Assembly (NCBI GenBank): GCA_033762115.1
Contig: JANRLX010000021.1
Location: forward strand, 66,855-130,854
Length of the DNA stretch: 64,000 bases
DNA from: Verrucomicrobiota bacterium
GTDB lineage: Bacteria; Verrucomicrobiota; Verrucomicrobiia; Limisphaerales; SXQI01
Direction of reading: 5' to 3'
Shown here: positions 19,211 to 28,809 of the stretch, piece after piece
How the letters are laid out: every line of letters begins with the position of its first letter
Numbering within the stretch: position 1 is the stretch's first letter
Made by a program: the position numbers and the translations under genes
The notes under the pieces: model-generated
Database searches by the model: none
Seen by the model: only the letters and a program-made list of their open reading frames with translations
What the model was told of the DNA's origin: nothing

Positions 19211-19656
19211 AAAAGGAACGTGTATTGTTTGTTTGCATCCATAACAGCGCGAGAAGCCAGATGGCGGAAGCGTGGATGAACCATTTGTGCGGTGACAGCT
19301 TTGAGGCCGAGAGTGCCGGGCTTGAGCCGGGAACACTCAACCCGTTCGCCGTTCAGGCGATGGCGGAGGTAGGGATCGATATTTCAAAGAATCGCACCAA
19401 AAGCGTTTTCGATATGGTTCGAACCGGCAAAACCTTTCGGTTTGTGGTCGCTGTATGTGACCAGCAATCCGCTGAAAAATGCCCAATCTTTCCCGGTGTG
19501 GCCACACGGGTCGATTGGAGCTTCCCCGATCCGTCGGCGGTGAAGGGCAGTGAGGAAGAGAAACTTGCGCGCGCCCGAGAAGTCCGGGATCTGGTTCGTG
19601 AGCGGATCGCGCTGTGGTGCGAAGAAATCTGTCCGAAGGAGGAGTTTGCGGCATGA
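19207..19656 (+). CDS. arsC: Arsenate reductase ArsC (LMW-PTP fold, thioredoxin-coupled)
   Basis: CIHNSARS P-loop, VCD...CPIFPG, FPDP. Confidence 0.92.
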   Translation: MKKERVLFVCIHNSARSQMAEAWMNHLCGDSFEAESAGLEPGTLNPFAVQAMAEVGIDISKNRTKSVFDMVRTGKTFRFVVAVCDQQSAEKCPIFPGVATRVDWSFPDPSAVKGSEEEKLARAREVRDLVRERIALWCEEICPKEEFAA

Positions 19657-20111
19657 GTGATAAAAAACCGACCATACTAATTCTCTGCACCGGGAATTCC
19701 TGCCGCAGCCATCTGGCGGAAGGAATTCTGCGGGCCGAAGCGGGTGACCTGTTTCAAGTGGAGAGCGCAGGATCGAACCCAGCGGGCTATGTGCATCCGC
19801 TGGCCGTCAAGGTGATGCAGGAAATCGGCATCGATATTTCGGCGCATCGGTCAAAGCATTTGAACGAGTTCCTGCAAAGCGGCGTGGAAACCGTCGTCAC
19901 CGTCTGCGGCAATGCCGATCAGGCATGCCCGATTTTTCCTGGGCAAGTAAATCGCCATCACTGGCCGTTTTACGATCCGGCGAAAGCGGAAGGCACCGAA
20001 GAAGAAAAACTTAAAGTGTTTCGCTCCGTCCGCGATGAGATTTTGAAAGTCTTCAAAGCCTATGCAGATGGCAGGCGCGATGAATCCAAGCGCAGTGGAG
20101 GCCGTGCGTAA
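19653..20111 (+). CDS. arsC: Second arsenate reductase ArsC
   Basis: [30 protein letters not shown] overlap with the first arsC. Confidence 0.92.
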   Translation: MSDKKPTILILCTGNSCRSHLAEGILRAEAGDLFQVESAGSNPAGYVHPLAVKVMQEIGIDISAHRSKHLNEFLQSGVETVVTVCGNADQACPIFPGQVNRHHWPFYDPAKAEGTEEEKLKVFRSVRDEILKVFKAYADGRRDESKRSGGRA

Positions 20112-20331
20112 TATCGCGTCAACTGGCGATACGGATGCCGACGCGCTGAAGCGCAGGCGAGCTTTTCGTCAGTTGGTCCTGGGGCAGGCACAAATTATCT
20201 GTGCGACTGCCTGCCTTTACTTTTTGCTCACGTCGGGATTATCTCCACTGACCTATATCTCGGCAGTGATCGCCTTTTTATTCATGCTGTTAAGTTTAAC
20301 GTTTAAATTCAAACCCCGAACGCGTAAATGA
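20062..20331 (+). CDS. Small two-TM membrane protein (start uncertain)
   Basis: Two hydrophobic segments; fills the gap between arsC and pit. Confidence 0.5.
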   Translation: MQMAGAMNPSAVEAVRNIASTGDTDADALKRRRAFRQLVLGQAQIICATACLYFLLTSGLSPLTYISAVIAFLFMLLSLTFKFKPRTRK

Positions 20332-20373
20332 TTTGGCTGTCGATCATTGCACAGTCGCAACCCTTCCATTGAT

Positions 20374-21459
20374 ATGCTGTTTTTGTTATTCGTCATTCTG
20401 ATCGTCCTGATTTTCGAATACATCAACGGATTCCACGATGCGGCTAATGCGATTGCCACGGTCGTCTCCACCAAAGTTCTTACGCCCAGCCAAGCGGTAT
20501 TGATGGCAGCGTTTTTTAATCTGCTCGGCGCAATTTCCGGTGAAGCCGTGGCAAAAACCGTGGGGGCGGGATTGGTCGATACGGCCTATGTAAACACGCT
20601 CACAATTCTCGCCGCCATGATCGGAGGAATCTTTTGGAATCTGATTACGTGGTATGTGGGCCTTCCTTCAAGCTCCAGCCACGCGCTGATCGGCGGTCTT
20701 TGCGGTGCCGCACTCGCTTCGGCGAACGGAAATTGGCAAGTCATTAAATGGTCTATCACCAAGACCAGCTCAGCGGGCGAGGTTTCACACGACGGAATGC
20801 TCTATAAGGTGATCATTCCTATGGTTTCATCGCCTATTGCCGGATTCGTGGGCGGATTTGTTGTCATGGCACTACTTTATTTGTTAGTGCAAAACTGGCG
20901 GCCCCGAACCGTGAGCGCAGTGTTTGGTAAACTCCAGATCGCGAGTGCCGCCTATATGGGCTGGGGACACGGCTTTGCCGACGCACAAAAAACCATGGGT
21001 ATCATTGCGTTAGCGATGTTCGCAGCCACTCAAGCGGGCAAGCTGGAGAATCTGCCGCCCATGCTTCAATTCCTCTACACTCCGAAATTTGAAATTCATC
21101 TTTGGGTGAAAATTCTCTGTGCCGTGGTCATGGCGTTGGGAACTTGGGCTGGCGGATGGCGAATCATTCGGACCCTCGGTCACAAGCTCGTCACCCTCAA
21201 GCCGGTTCACGGCTTTGCCGCAGAGGCTACGGCTGCAAGCATTCTGCTCATCTCGGGAAAACTCGGGATGCCCGTGTCCACGACGCATTCCATTACCACC
21301 TCAATCATGGGCGTGGGGGTAGCAAAAAGCACCCGTGCGCTCGATCTAACCTTGGTTGAACGGATTATTTGGACGTGGATTCTGACCATTCCGGCGACTG
21401 CCGGTGTGGCTTATCTCACCTATCGCGGGCTGAGTGCGATGGGGTTGAAAAGTTTTTAG
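20374..21459 (+). CDS. pit: PiT-family inorganic phosphate transporter
   Basis: NGFHDAANAIAT, GLPSSSSHALIG, HGFADAQKTMG and PVSTTH motifs. Confidence 0.93.
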   Translation: MLFLLFVILIVLIFEYINGFHDAANAIATVVSTKVLTPSQAVLMAAFFNLLGAISGEAVAKTVGAGLVDTAYVNTLTILAAMIGGIFWNLITWYVGLPSSSSHALIGGLCGAALASANGNWQVIKWSITKTSSAGEVSHDGMLYKVIIPMVSSPIAGFVGGFVVMALLYLLVQNWRPRTVSAVFGKLQIASAAYMGWGHGFADAQKTMGIIALAMFAATQAGKLENLPPMLQFLYTPKFEIHLWVKILCAVVMALGTWAGGWRIIRTLGHKLVTLKPVHGFAAEATAASILLISGKLGMPVSTTHSITTSIMGVGVAKSTRALDLTLVERIIWTWILTIPATAGVAYLTYRGLSAMGLKSF

Positions 21460-21522
21460 CTTCGGGATTTTTCTTCATTTTGAGTCTGTTCCTTAACAAG
21501 CGATGGATACATAAAAAAATCC

Positions 21523-21548
21523 TGCGTCCTTTTGCGGACCTCTCCGTC
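21523..21548 (+). promoter_or_regulatory. Candidate ECF (SigZ) promoter TGCGTC-N16-CGTC
   Basis: ECF-like -10 CGTC with a 16-nt spacer and upstream A-tract, 11 nt before the arsM ATG. Single copy only. Confidence 0.4.
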
Positions 21549-21559
21549 TTTATCGGTGT

Positions 21560-22357
21560 ATGAAGACTACTGAAATCAAAACACCATTGAATAAAGACGA
21601 AATCAGAAACACGGTTCGCGAAAGCTACGGCAAAATCGCCTCCGAAAGCCGCAGTTGCTGCGGCCCCACTTGCTGCGGAGGGAGCGTGTCGTCACCCTCC
21701 GACAAGCTGGGCTATTCGCCGGAACAGGTTGGGGCGGTCCCGGAAGGATCGAACCTGGGCTTGGGCTGTGGAAACCCCATTGCGATCGCCTCATTGAAGC
21801 CGGGCGAGGTCGTGCTAGACTTGGGCAGCGGCGCGGGATTCGATTGCTTCCTCGCCTCGAAAGCCGTGGGCGAACTAGGAAAAGTCATCGGCGTGGATAT
21901 GACGCCTGGGATGATCAACAAGGCCCGCAAAAATGCCGGAGCGGGCAATTACCAGAATGTCGAGTTTCGCCTTGGCGAGATTGAACATCTTCCCGTGCCT
22001 GATCGGTCCGTGGATATCATCATCTCGAATTGCGTGATCAATCTTTCACCGGATAAGCGGAGCGTCATTCAAGAAGCGCACCGCACGCTGAAGTCGGGTG
22101 GGCGATTGGCGATTTCGGATATCGTCGCCACCCAAATACTCCCGGATGAAATCAAAAACGATCTGGCTCTGCTTTCGGGCTGCATGGCTGGGGCAACGCC
22201 TATCGCCGAGCTTCGTCAACTGCTTGAGAGCGTCGGATTCCGGGATATCAGCATCAACGAAAAACCGGGAAGCCGTGATTTCATCCGCGATTGGGCTCCC
22301 GACAGGGGAGTTGAAAACTACGTCACTTCGGCGACAATCGAAGCCAGAAAACCTTGA
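21560..22357 (+). CDS. arsM: Arsenite S-adenosylmethionine methyltransferase ArsM
   Basis: SCCGPTCC, LGLGCGNP, VLDLGSGAGFD, SNCVINL and SGCMAGA motifs. Confidence 0.95.
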   Translation: MKTTEIKTPLNKDEIRNTVRESYGKIASESRSCCGPTCCGGSVSSPSDKLGYSPEQVGAVPEGSNLGLGCGNPIAIASLKPGEVVLDLGSGAGFDCFLASKAVGELGKVIGVDMTPGMINKARKNAGAGNYQNVEFRLGEIEHLPVPDRSVDIIISNCVINLSPDKRSVIQEAHRTLKSGGRLAISDIVATQILPDEIKNDLALLSGCMAGATPIAELRQLLESVGFRDISINEKPGSRDFIRDWAPDRGVENYVTSATIEARKP

Positions 22358-22905
22358 ACGGCGCGCTCGAAAAAGCTTGGGACGATGTGGCCTCGAAACT
22401 TCGGGGCTACATCCGTTCGCGCATCCGCGACCACACGGCGGCGGAGGATATTTTGCAGGATGTGTTCGTGAAGGCCCACAGTCGCGTACAAAAGAGCGAT
22501 GTGAAAAATGTCGAAGGGTGGCTCTTTCAAATTGCTCGCAATGCGGTAATCGATCACTACCGGAAGGTGAAACCGACAGAGGAGTTGCCTGTAGAACTGG
22601 CCGGCGAATCCGAATCTCTACAATTGGAGCATGTGGAAGGTTTACGCGAATCGTTTTTGGGTATGGTCGATACGCTTCCCGAGCCTTACCGCGAAGCCGT
22701 TATCCTCACGGAATTTGAGGGGCTGACGCAACGGGAGCTTGCGGAGCGGCTTGGGATTTCCCTCTCGGGTGCAAAATCCAGAGTTCAGCGGGGACGAGCG
22801 CAATTAAAGAAGGCATTGCTCGAATGCTGCACGTTTGAATTCGACCGGCGCGGCAACATTATCGAGTGCCAGTCACGGAAAAATCAGTGTCAATGCGAGA
22901 ACTGA
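22354..22905 (+). CDS. sigZ: ECF sigma factor SigZ-like
   Basis: AEDILQDVFVK, WLFQIARN, SGAKSRVQRGR and ECCTFEFDRRGN motifs. Confidence 0.88.
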   Translation: MNGALEKAWDDVASKLRGYIRSRIRDHTAAEDILQDVFVKAHSRVQKSDVKNVEGWLFQIARNAVIDHYRKVKPTEELPVELAGESESLQLEHVEGLRESFLGMVDTLPEPYREAVILTEFEGLTQRELAERLGISLSGAKSRVQRGRAQLKKALLECCTFEFDRRGNIIECQSRKNQCQCEN

Positions 22906-23113
22906 AGACATCAGCTTCTGGTGCCAACGAGCTTAAAATAACTTCTTCGTAACGATTTCGTCGCCGATTTGAAATGGAGACGAAGGATTGTAAAAATGGT
23001 TCTTGGAAGAACCCCTGTGTGCGTGGGCCGGGCGGAATTCTTTAAACATGTTTGCCGCCCCGGCTCACGCCGCTCAATTTCGACAATTTGAGAGGCTTAC
23101 CCCTTTGCCAATA

Positions 23114-23746
23114 TCAGTGACGGTGCGCGTGGATGGCACCCTTGGACAAAAGCTTCTTCACCCCTGGGTGATACTCCATATCGCCAAGATCGGCGTAGTC
23201 CAAGCGTTCGAAGCCGGACAGATTCAAAACCTCCGGTGTCGTGTTCAGCTTCTTGAGTTCGGTTCGCATCCGTCCTGATTTATCCTTACGCTCGATCAAA
23301 GCGGGAAGCGACAAGTCGGGAATCCAGTGGATCACCCATTCGGCCCCATCCACTTCGCCTTTGAAGCGCAGGGCGTTATGGCCTAGAACACGTTTCGGGC
23401 TTTGTTGACCGAGACGGGCAAAGAGGTTTGTGTTCACCAACTGATTGAATGCGTTCCAACCGTTGGTGTGACCGGCTGCATTGAGTTCACCCTGATTAAA
23501 CTCGATGATTAGTTTCTCCGCTCGGTAAACCTGTTCGAGCGCAATCTCACGCGGTCCTGTTTTTGTCCAAATCTCGATACGGTCGTGACGGGTTTGGAAA
23601 ACTTGATTTGTCTTCCGTTCAAAGGTCCAAGTCTGGACGGTTTTATTTTTGCCTTGCTCAACCGTGGTCTGAAAAAGAGCCGGAGCGAGTGGAGCGTCGG
23701 CGAAGGCAAATTGGGCAATTGCTAGGAGGATTAGGATTGGGCGCAT
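23114..23746 (-). CDS. Secreted hypothetical protein
   Basis: Signal peptide (AFA), LDYADLGDME, His-rich end; downstream of phoA. Confidence 0.75.
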   Translation of the reverse strand: MRPILILLAIAQFAFADAPLAPALFQTTVEQGKNKTVQTWTFERKTNQVFQTRHDRIEIWTKTGPREIALEQVYRAEKLIIEFNQGELNAAGHTNGWNAFNQLVNTNLFARLGQQSPKRVLGHNALRFKGEVDGAEWVIHWIPDLSLPALIERKDKSGRMRTELKKLNTTPEVLNLSGFERLDYADLGDMEYHPGVKKLLSKGAIHAHRH

Positions 23747-23752
23747 ATATGG

Positions 23753-23785
23753 AAAAAACGGGGCGGGCCGAAACCCGCTCCGTTT
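23753..23785 (-). terminator. Rho-independent terminator after phoA
   Basis: Minus strand AAACGGAGCGGG-TTTCGG-CCCGCCCCGTTTTTT. Confidence 0.7.
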
Positions 23786-23805
23786 GAAGGGAATTTGTTG
23801 AAAAA

Positions 23806-25389
23806 TTAGCGGTTGACCAAGGATTCCAGCATGACGTGGAAAATCACGTTTTGCTCTTGAACGCCGTGGAAGAGATTCGCAGCCGGTCCGGTGGCAAAAA
23901 TCGCCACGTCTTCACCGGCATGTGTTTCACTGCCCAACGGGACCGTCGCTTCCTGAAGGAAGTTCGGGCTCATCGTCACTTCCTCGCTCAGGAACGGGCG
24001 ACCGGAGGTGATGCCTTGATATCCGACGGGCAAGTGTTCAAACACTTTCGGCCCTTCAGGTTGGAGAACCGTTCCGTTGGCGCGGAGAGAAGCACCGGTG
24101 TAACCCGGCCCGTTCGCGTAGCTGAGGGTGGTGTAAGGCAGGCCGAGCAAATCTTTTGTGAAGATCGGATTGCCGGAAGAGTCGGCCTCGGCGGAAACCA
24201 AGCCGAGGATCGGGTTTCCGCGTTCGGGATAGCCGCCGATGGTGAAGACGTGGCTGTGATCCGCCGTGACGATGATCAGTGTCTCATTGGGATCGGTTTT
24301 CGCTAACGCAACTTCCACGGCCTTGGACAATTCAACGGTGTCCGAAAGGGCGCGAAACGCGTTTCCGGCATGGTGGGCGTGATCGATGCGTCCGCCTTCG
24401 ACCATCAGGAAGAAGCCCTTTCGATTTTTCGCCAGGATGTCGATGGCCTTGGAAGTCATTTCGCTGAGCGATGGCTCACCGCCAGTGTCCGAAGGGCGGT
24501 CGTGCTCGTATTCGCAGTGCGAGCGTTCAAACAGCCCGAGGAGATTATCCGTTGTCGCTGGATTGATGGCGTCAAAACCGGCTTTGTTCCAGACATACTT
24601 GTGCTTCGGGGATTTCGCGCTCCATTCGCTGGTCAGATCGCGACCGTCCAGGCGTTCTCCCACGCGGCCTGCATCTTCCGGGTCGGGAATGGTGTTGGGA
24701 ATGAACTTGGTGCGACCGCCTCCGAGAGCGACTTCAAGCCCGGTTCCGTTGCCCCGGAATTCCACCAATTGGCGGGCGATGTCGGGGAACCAGCGTTGAG
24801 CGGCAGGAATGTTCACGTCCGCTTCCCAATCACGATCCGGAGATTTGGAGTAGCAGGCGGCGGGTGTTGCATGTGTAAGGCGCGCACTGCTGACAACGCC
24901 GGAAGATTTACCCTGCTTTTCGCAGATTTCGAGAATGGTTTCGAGTTCGTTTCCGGCCACCGTCGAGGCATTGCGCCTTTCGACGAGTTGGTTGACACCA
25001 AGCAAGCCGTCCTTGGTCTTAACCCCGGTCACCATCGCTGTCATGGTGGGGGCTGAATCGGAAGTCTGCTGATTGACGCTGTAGGTCTTCGAGAGGGCAA
25101 GGTGCGGAAACTTCTCAAAGCTCAAAGAATTTTCCTCGCCGCTCTGGCCTTTCAACTGACCGTCGAAGATGCGCGCGGCGGTCACGGTGGAAACACCCAT
25201 TCCGTCCCCGACGACGAGAATGATGTTCTTCACGCGCTTGTTGCTGATCTTAATCCGCTTCGCCGCTTGCACGGTGTTGCGACCTTCGTCATACCACTCC
25301 TGCGGCGTCTCAGCGGCAAACAGGGACGGAAGTGTGAGTGCGAGGCCCAAAGCGGCAACGGCCATTCGATAAGAGATAGGTTTGTTCAT
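23806..25389 (-). CDS. phoA: Alkaline phosphatase (PhoA family)
   Basis: GDGMG, SDSAPTMTA (catalytic Ser), THATPA, EGGRIDHAHH, TADHSH and ETHAGEDV motifs. Confidence 0.96.
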   Translation of the reverse strand: MNKPISYRMAVAALGLALTLPSLFAAETPQEWYDEGRNTVQAAKRIKISNKRVKNIILVVGDGMGVSTVTAARIFDGQLKGQSGEENSLSFEKFPHLALSKTYSVNQQTSDSAPTMTAMVTGVKTKDGLLGVNQLVERRNASTVAGNELETILEICEKQGKSSGVVSSARLTHATPAACYSKSPDRDWEADVNIPAAQRWFPDIARQLVEFRGNGTGLEVALGGGRTKFIPNTIPDPEDAGRVGERLDGRDLTSEWSAKSPKHKYVWNKAGFDAINPATTDNLLGLFERSHCEYEHDRPSDTGGEPSLSEMTSKAIDILAKNRKGFFLMVEGGRIDHAHHAGNAFRALSDTVELSKAVEVALAKTDPNETLIIVTADHSHVFTIGGYPERGNPILGLVSAEADSSGNPIFTKDLLGLPYTTLSYANGPGYTGASLRANGTVLQPEGPKVFEHLPVGYQGITSGRPFLSEEVTMSPNFLQEATVPLGSETHAGEDVAIFATGPAANLFHGVQEQNVIFHVMLESLVNR

Positions 25390-25675
25390 AATGGTCTTGA
25401 ATGATGCGCTCCGTTTTGGATGCGCGTGCGGACTGTGGAAGGCTCAGGTTCCGGAAACTGGTCGGATGAGTTACGAATTTGAAAATTGGGAGGAAGTGTT
25501 TTTAAATTCGGTCGCCAACGATGGTCGAAGGAGGTTTTGCGGAAAGCTCTCAAATCTCAGAGCAACGGCCGCTGTGTGCGATTAGATTCCTCTAAATGGA
25601 CTTGCGGTGAATGCCTCGCGACTCACGGTGGACGCGGAAAACCAGCCGACAAATATGCATACCGCATCTGTTGCT

Positions 25676-26473
25676 TCAACAGCGTTCGTCGATCCTCCGG
25701 AGAATATCCGTCACACCGTTGATCGACGGTCCATCGGACATACTCGTCGAAGAATCTTCGCGCGACTGCTGAAAGTGTCGTGCGGGGAATCGCATCAAGG
25801 CAGAAACTGGCGCCGCGGCCAGAACACCATGCCGGCCGTAGTAGATGGCGACTTTTTCAATGATCAGCTTTTTCTCCCGTTTGACCGACAGGCCTGATAT
25901 CAGGTAATAAGCGAAAAGTTGTGCGGCATGCTCCGAATGATGACCGGCATCCTTCACGGTCTTCACCTCAATGATTGTTCGGTCGATCAAGAGGTCGAGA
26001 TCAACGCAAGAAGCGAAGCTTCCCCGAAAAAGAGTTTCACTCGCTTGCCAGGGCAGAGCCTCGGCGTGTTCGCAGAGCAGCCTGAGAACCCGTCGAAGGT
26101 TGTCGCTGGGACGTGGTCGGGCGGTAGTCGGACTATAGGCGAAGCTTCTCTGCTTTTCTATGGCGTGTTTGATTGTCTGGTTCAGGACCACATCCGTTAA
26201 GGAGTCAGCTTTGCAAGAATCCCGCAGTTGCTTGGGTGAGAGCCACTCAAAAATCAAATTACTTCGGACAGGGAAAATTTGATTCCTCCGGTGAATGAGC
26301 AGCGGGAACAGATTGTCGAAAGAGGTTCCGATGACTTGCACATCCACGCCAGAGGGGAAGGCAATTGGTTTGTCCAGCTTTGGAGCTGGGAACTTCAGAA
26401 AATCAAAATGCTTTCGCAGAATCCTGCGTCCCTCTTTCGATTTGGCAAAGTCGCGGACTGTCTTTCCTAACAA
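25676..26473 (-). CDS. PD-(D/E)XK nuclease-like protein, possibly degenerate
   Basis: DLDLLIDRTIIEVKT...QLFAYYL...AIYYGRHG; weak TTG start. Confidence 0.55.
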   Translation of the reverse strand: MLGKTVRDFAKSKEGRRILRKHFDFLKFPAPKLDKPIAFPSGVDVQVIGTSFDNLFPLLIHRRNQIFPVRSNLIFEWLSPKQLRDSCKADSLTDVVLNQTIKHAIEKQRSFAYSPTTARPRPSDNLRRVLRLLCEHAEALPWQASETLFRGSFASCVDLDLLIDRTIIEVKTVKDAGHHSEHAAQLFAYYLISGLSVKREKKLIIEKVAIYYGRHGVLAAAPVSALMRFPARHFQQSREDSSTSMSDGPSINGVTDILRRIDERC

Positions 26474-26679
26474 AACGGTTTCACACGGTGATCAAATCCC
26501 CCGCCGCTATGAGCTTTCGAACAATTTTTTCAGCTTTTTGTTTGGGCGTGAGACTCGCAACGCCATCTTTCACTTTAAGGATCGTCGCCGTCGATATTTC
26601 CAATGCCCATCTCCTCTGAAAAGACTATTCCGCACCCGACGATAGGCCCGGGGAGAATTTAGGCGTATTCGGCATGGCG

Positions 26680-27672
26680 CTATTTTTTGGCCTTTGCCAA
26701 TGCCTGGTTAACTTTTTCAACCGCGACTTGCAGCGTGCGAATTTGTTCTTCCGGGGTCGGACTGTTTAGAAAGATGTATCCGGCTTTTCCGGTTCCACTG
26801 TCTCGCATTTCGGCAAGCTGCGCGTTTTCGACAACGATAGCAAAACCGCTTCTTATCGGTTGCCCGTTCCGGCTATCTAAACTGCGGGTGATTTTGAGCC
26901 GAATGTTGGCGATGGCAAGTTCTTGAAACGCCTTCTGGTTTTCTTCGATAGTGGCTGCCGCCACAGCAATCTGATTGGCTAATATTCCTTCTGAGCGATA
27001 ATTCAGGTATTGCTTAATTCCAATTATTGCCATGACGACGAGCACGCAGGAAACGATGAAGCATGTGCTCCAAGCTCCCTTCCAGTTGAGTCCCTCCAGT
27101 TTTTTGAGGCTCTCGCTGAAATGCGATTCAGCAGATTTGAAATGAGCTTCGGCATCGCTTTCGAATCGTTTGGCGTCTTCATTCAGTCGGTGGGCCGCAG
27201 CAAGAGTCTGGGAGGAATTTTGCCCGAATTCGGTCAAGACAGTGGACAACGCGGGTAGGTTTTGCTTCTGGAATTCCTGTTCAATTTTCGATTGCAGTTC
27301 TTTGGCCCCGCTTTCGACAGCCTCACACTGATGTTTGGTGGCCGTTTCGAGAGCTTTGTTGAATTCGGCTCCCATGCGGTTCATTGTCGAAACGAGCGTC
27401 GTCAATTCCAAGCGACCACGTTCATGCAAGGAGGCTACGGCATTCAGTGAGCATTCCAGTTTTTCTTTGGCCTTTTCGCCCGCCTGAGCGATTTCCGAGG
27501 GGAACGCCTGCATGTAAGCGGCATGGATTCCAAAAAGTTGAAGCAGTTCAATGATGAATCCGGTTGGCTGGGTTTCACCGTATTTCTCGATCAGTTGGCG
27601 GGCACGTTCCCGCTCCCGTTCCGGTAGTGCCTTCAGGAGCGGTGTCCAGGTGGTGACAAGCAATGAGTCCAC
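26680..27672 (-). CDS. Coiled-coil single-TM hypothetical protein (third gene of stb-like operon)
   Basis: Long heptad region followed by TM WSTCFIVSCVLVVMAIIGI. Confidence 0.7.
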   Translation of the reverse strand: MDSLLVTTWTPLLKALPERERERARQLIEKYGETQPTGFIIELLQLFGIHAAYMQAFPSEIAQAGEKAKEKLECSLNAVASLHERGRLELTTLVSTMNRMGAEFNKALETATKHQCEAVESGAKELQSKIEQEFQKQNLPALSTVLTEFGQNSSQTLAAAHRLNEDAKRFESDAEAHFKSAESHFSESLKKLEGLNWKGAWSTCFIVSCVLVVMAIIGIKQYLNYRSEGILANQIAVAAATIEENQKAFQELAIANIRLKITRSLDSRNGQPIRSGFAIVVENAQLAEMRDSGTGKAGYIFLNSPTPEEQIRTLQVAVEKVNQALAKAKK

Positions 27673-27681
27673 ATTCGCCTC

Positions 27682-28506
27682 TTAATCAGTGTTGAAGTTG
27701 AATCGGCTTTTAAAATCCGGCTTTGTTTCAATCGCGAGAACGCTTTCCGGTTGGATGTTTGCCGCAGCATCGGTCGGCAGCAGCTGGCTGGCGATTGGAT
27801 CGTACTGGCGGTAAACGTCGCTGAGAAAACTTTCCAGATCCCCGCGAGCAAATGGATCGAGATTTAGATCGAGATTTCCAATGGCTTCAGCCCAAGTGAT
27901 GCCGCGTTGATGGCGGGCCTCCAGTTCATCCAGTTGCAACAAGGTGCTTTTGAAAAGCACAGGCATGGTGATTTCCACGCCGCCCCATTTGTTAAGAATG
28001 GATTGCAAGTCGGAGCCGTCGAACATGCGGGTCTGATTCTTGGCCGGATTTCGGACTACCGCATAATCCACGGCATCACCCAATTCGCGGACAATGCGTT
28101 CAAGATTTTCCATTGTGGCGAGGTCATCGTATGGAAATAGAAAAACAGTCATGCGAATGCCCTTTTCGGCGGCGATAGAAAGAAAGTGTGAGCGGTGAAT
28201 GACGCGCAGAATCTCGTCGGTGGCCTGGGCGCGCGCATCCATGATTTGAATGGGCGTTTGCCCGGCGTTGCGAAAGACGCGCAACAATTGCTCCGCGCTC
28301 TCCGGGCCGGAAATGGTCAGGAGCTTGGTTTGAGATGGATACCGTTTGAAAATGCTCCGGTGGGCATCGTCAAGGTCGTATGCTTGCCATTCGATTGCAT
28401 GGCGGTTAAGCCATTCGATGCGAGCAAGGCATTCCGTGGATTTGCCAAGGTTGCCTTTGCTTTGGACCGTGGCCAATAAACGTGATGTTGTCTTTTTCAT
28501 AGTCAC
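27682..28506 (-). CDS. ParA/StbB/TraL-like P-loop protein
   Basis: Deviant Walker A QSKGNLGKST, YDLDDAH and IMDARA; divergent from the relaxase. Confidence 0.72.
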   Translation of the reverse strand: MTMKKTTSRLLATVQSKGNLGKSTECLARIEWLNRHAIEWQAYDLDDAHRSIFKRYPSQTKLLTISGPESAEQLLRVFRNAGQTPIQIMDARAQATDEILRVIHRSHFLSIAAEKGIRMTVFLFPYDDLATMENLERIVRELGDAVDYAVVRNPAKNQTRMFDGSDLQSILNKWGGVEITMPVLFKSTLLQLDELEARHQRGITWAEAIGNLDLNLDPFARGDLESFLSDVYRQYDPIASQLLPTDAAANIQPESVLAIETKPDFKSRFNFNTD

Positions 28507-28808
28507 TCCAAGGTGCTGGGCGGGTTAAACGTCCAAGGTTTTGTTTGCGGTTTCGGGTTTGATGCGGGTGTCGTTGCCGGACGCCTGCGAGATTTGTGAT
28601 GCCGACGCCAATAGGAACGAATCGCTTCGGCGCTGATCTTCACGCCGACTTTCGCTAGGTAGCGACGAACGGTGTTCCACGGCGCACCGGCCTCGCGCAT
28701 CGCGGCAATGAAGTCGTCATGATCGGCGAGACGAGAGCGGCGCACCGGATAAGCGGTCAGTTCGGCCCTCAATTCCTCCAAAAGCTTGTGTTGTAGTTCA
28801 GCTTGCAT
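28503..28808 (-). CDS. StbA/TraK-like small DNA-binding protein
   Basis: HTH-like AMREAGAPWNTVRRYLAKVGVKISAEAIRSYWRR, low-complexity linker, WTFNP tail. Confidence 0.62.
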   Translation of the reverse strand: MQAELQHKLLEELRAELTAYPVRRSRLADHDDFIAAMREAGAPWNTVRRYLAKVGVKISAEAIRSYWRRHHKSRRRPATTPASNPKPQTKPWTFNPPSTLE

Positions 28809-28809
28809 G

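Noticed and set aside
25440..25490. Pho box upstream of phoA
   Set aside because: Only one good heptamer (TCGTAAC); periodicity too weak to call.
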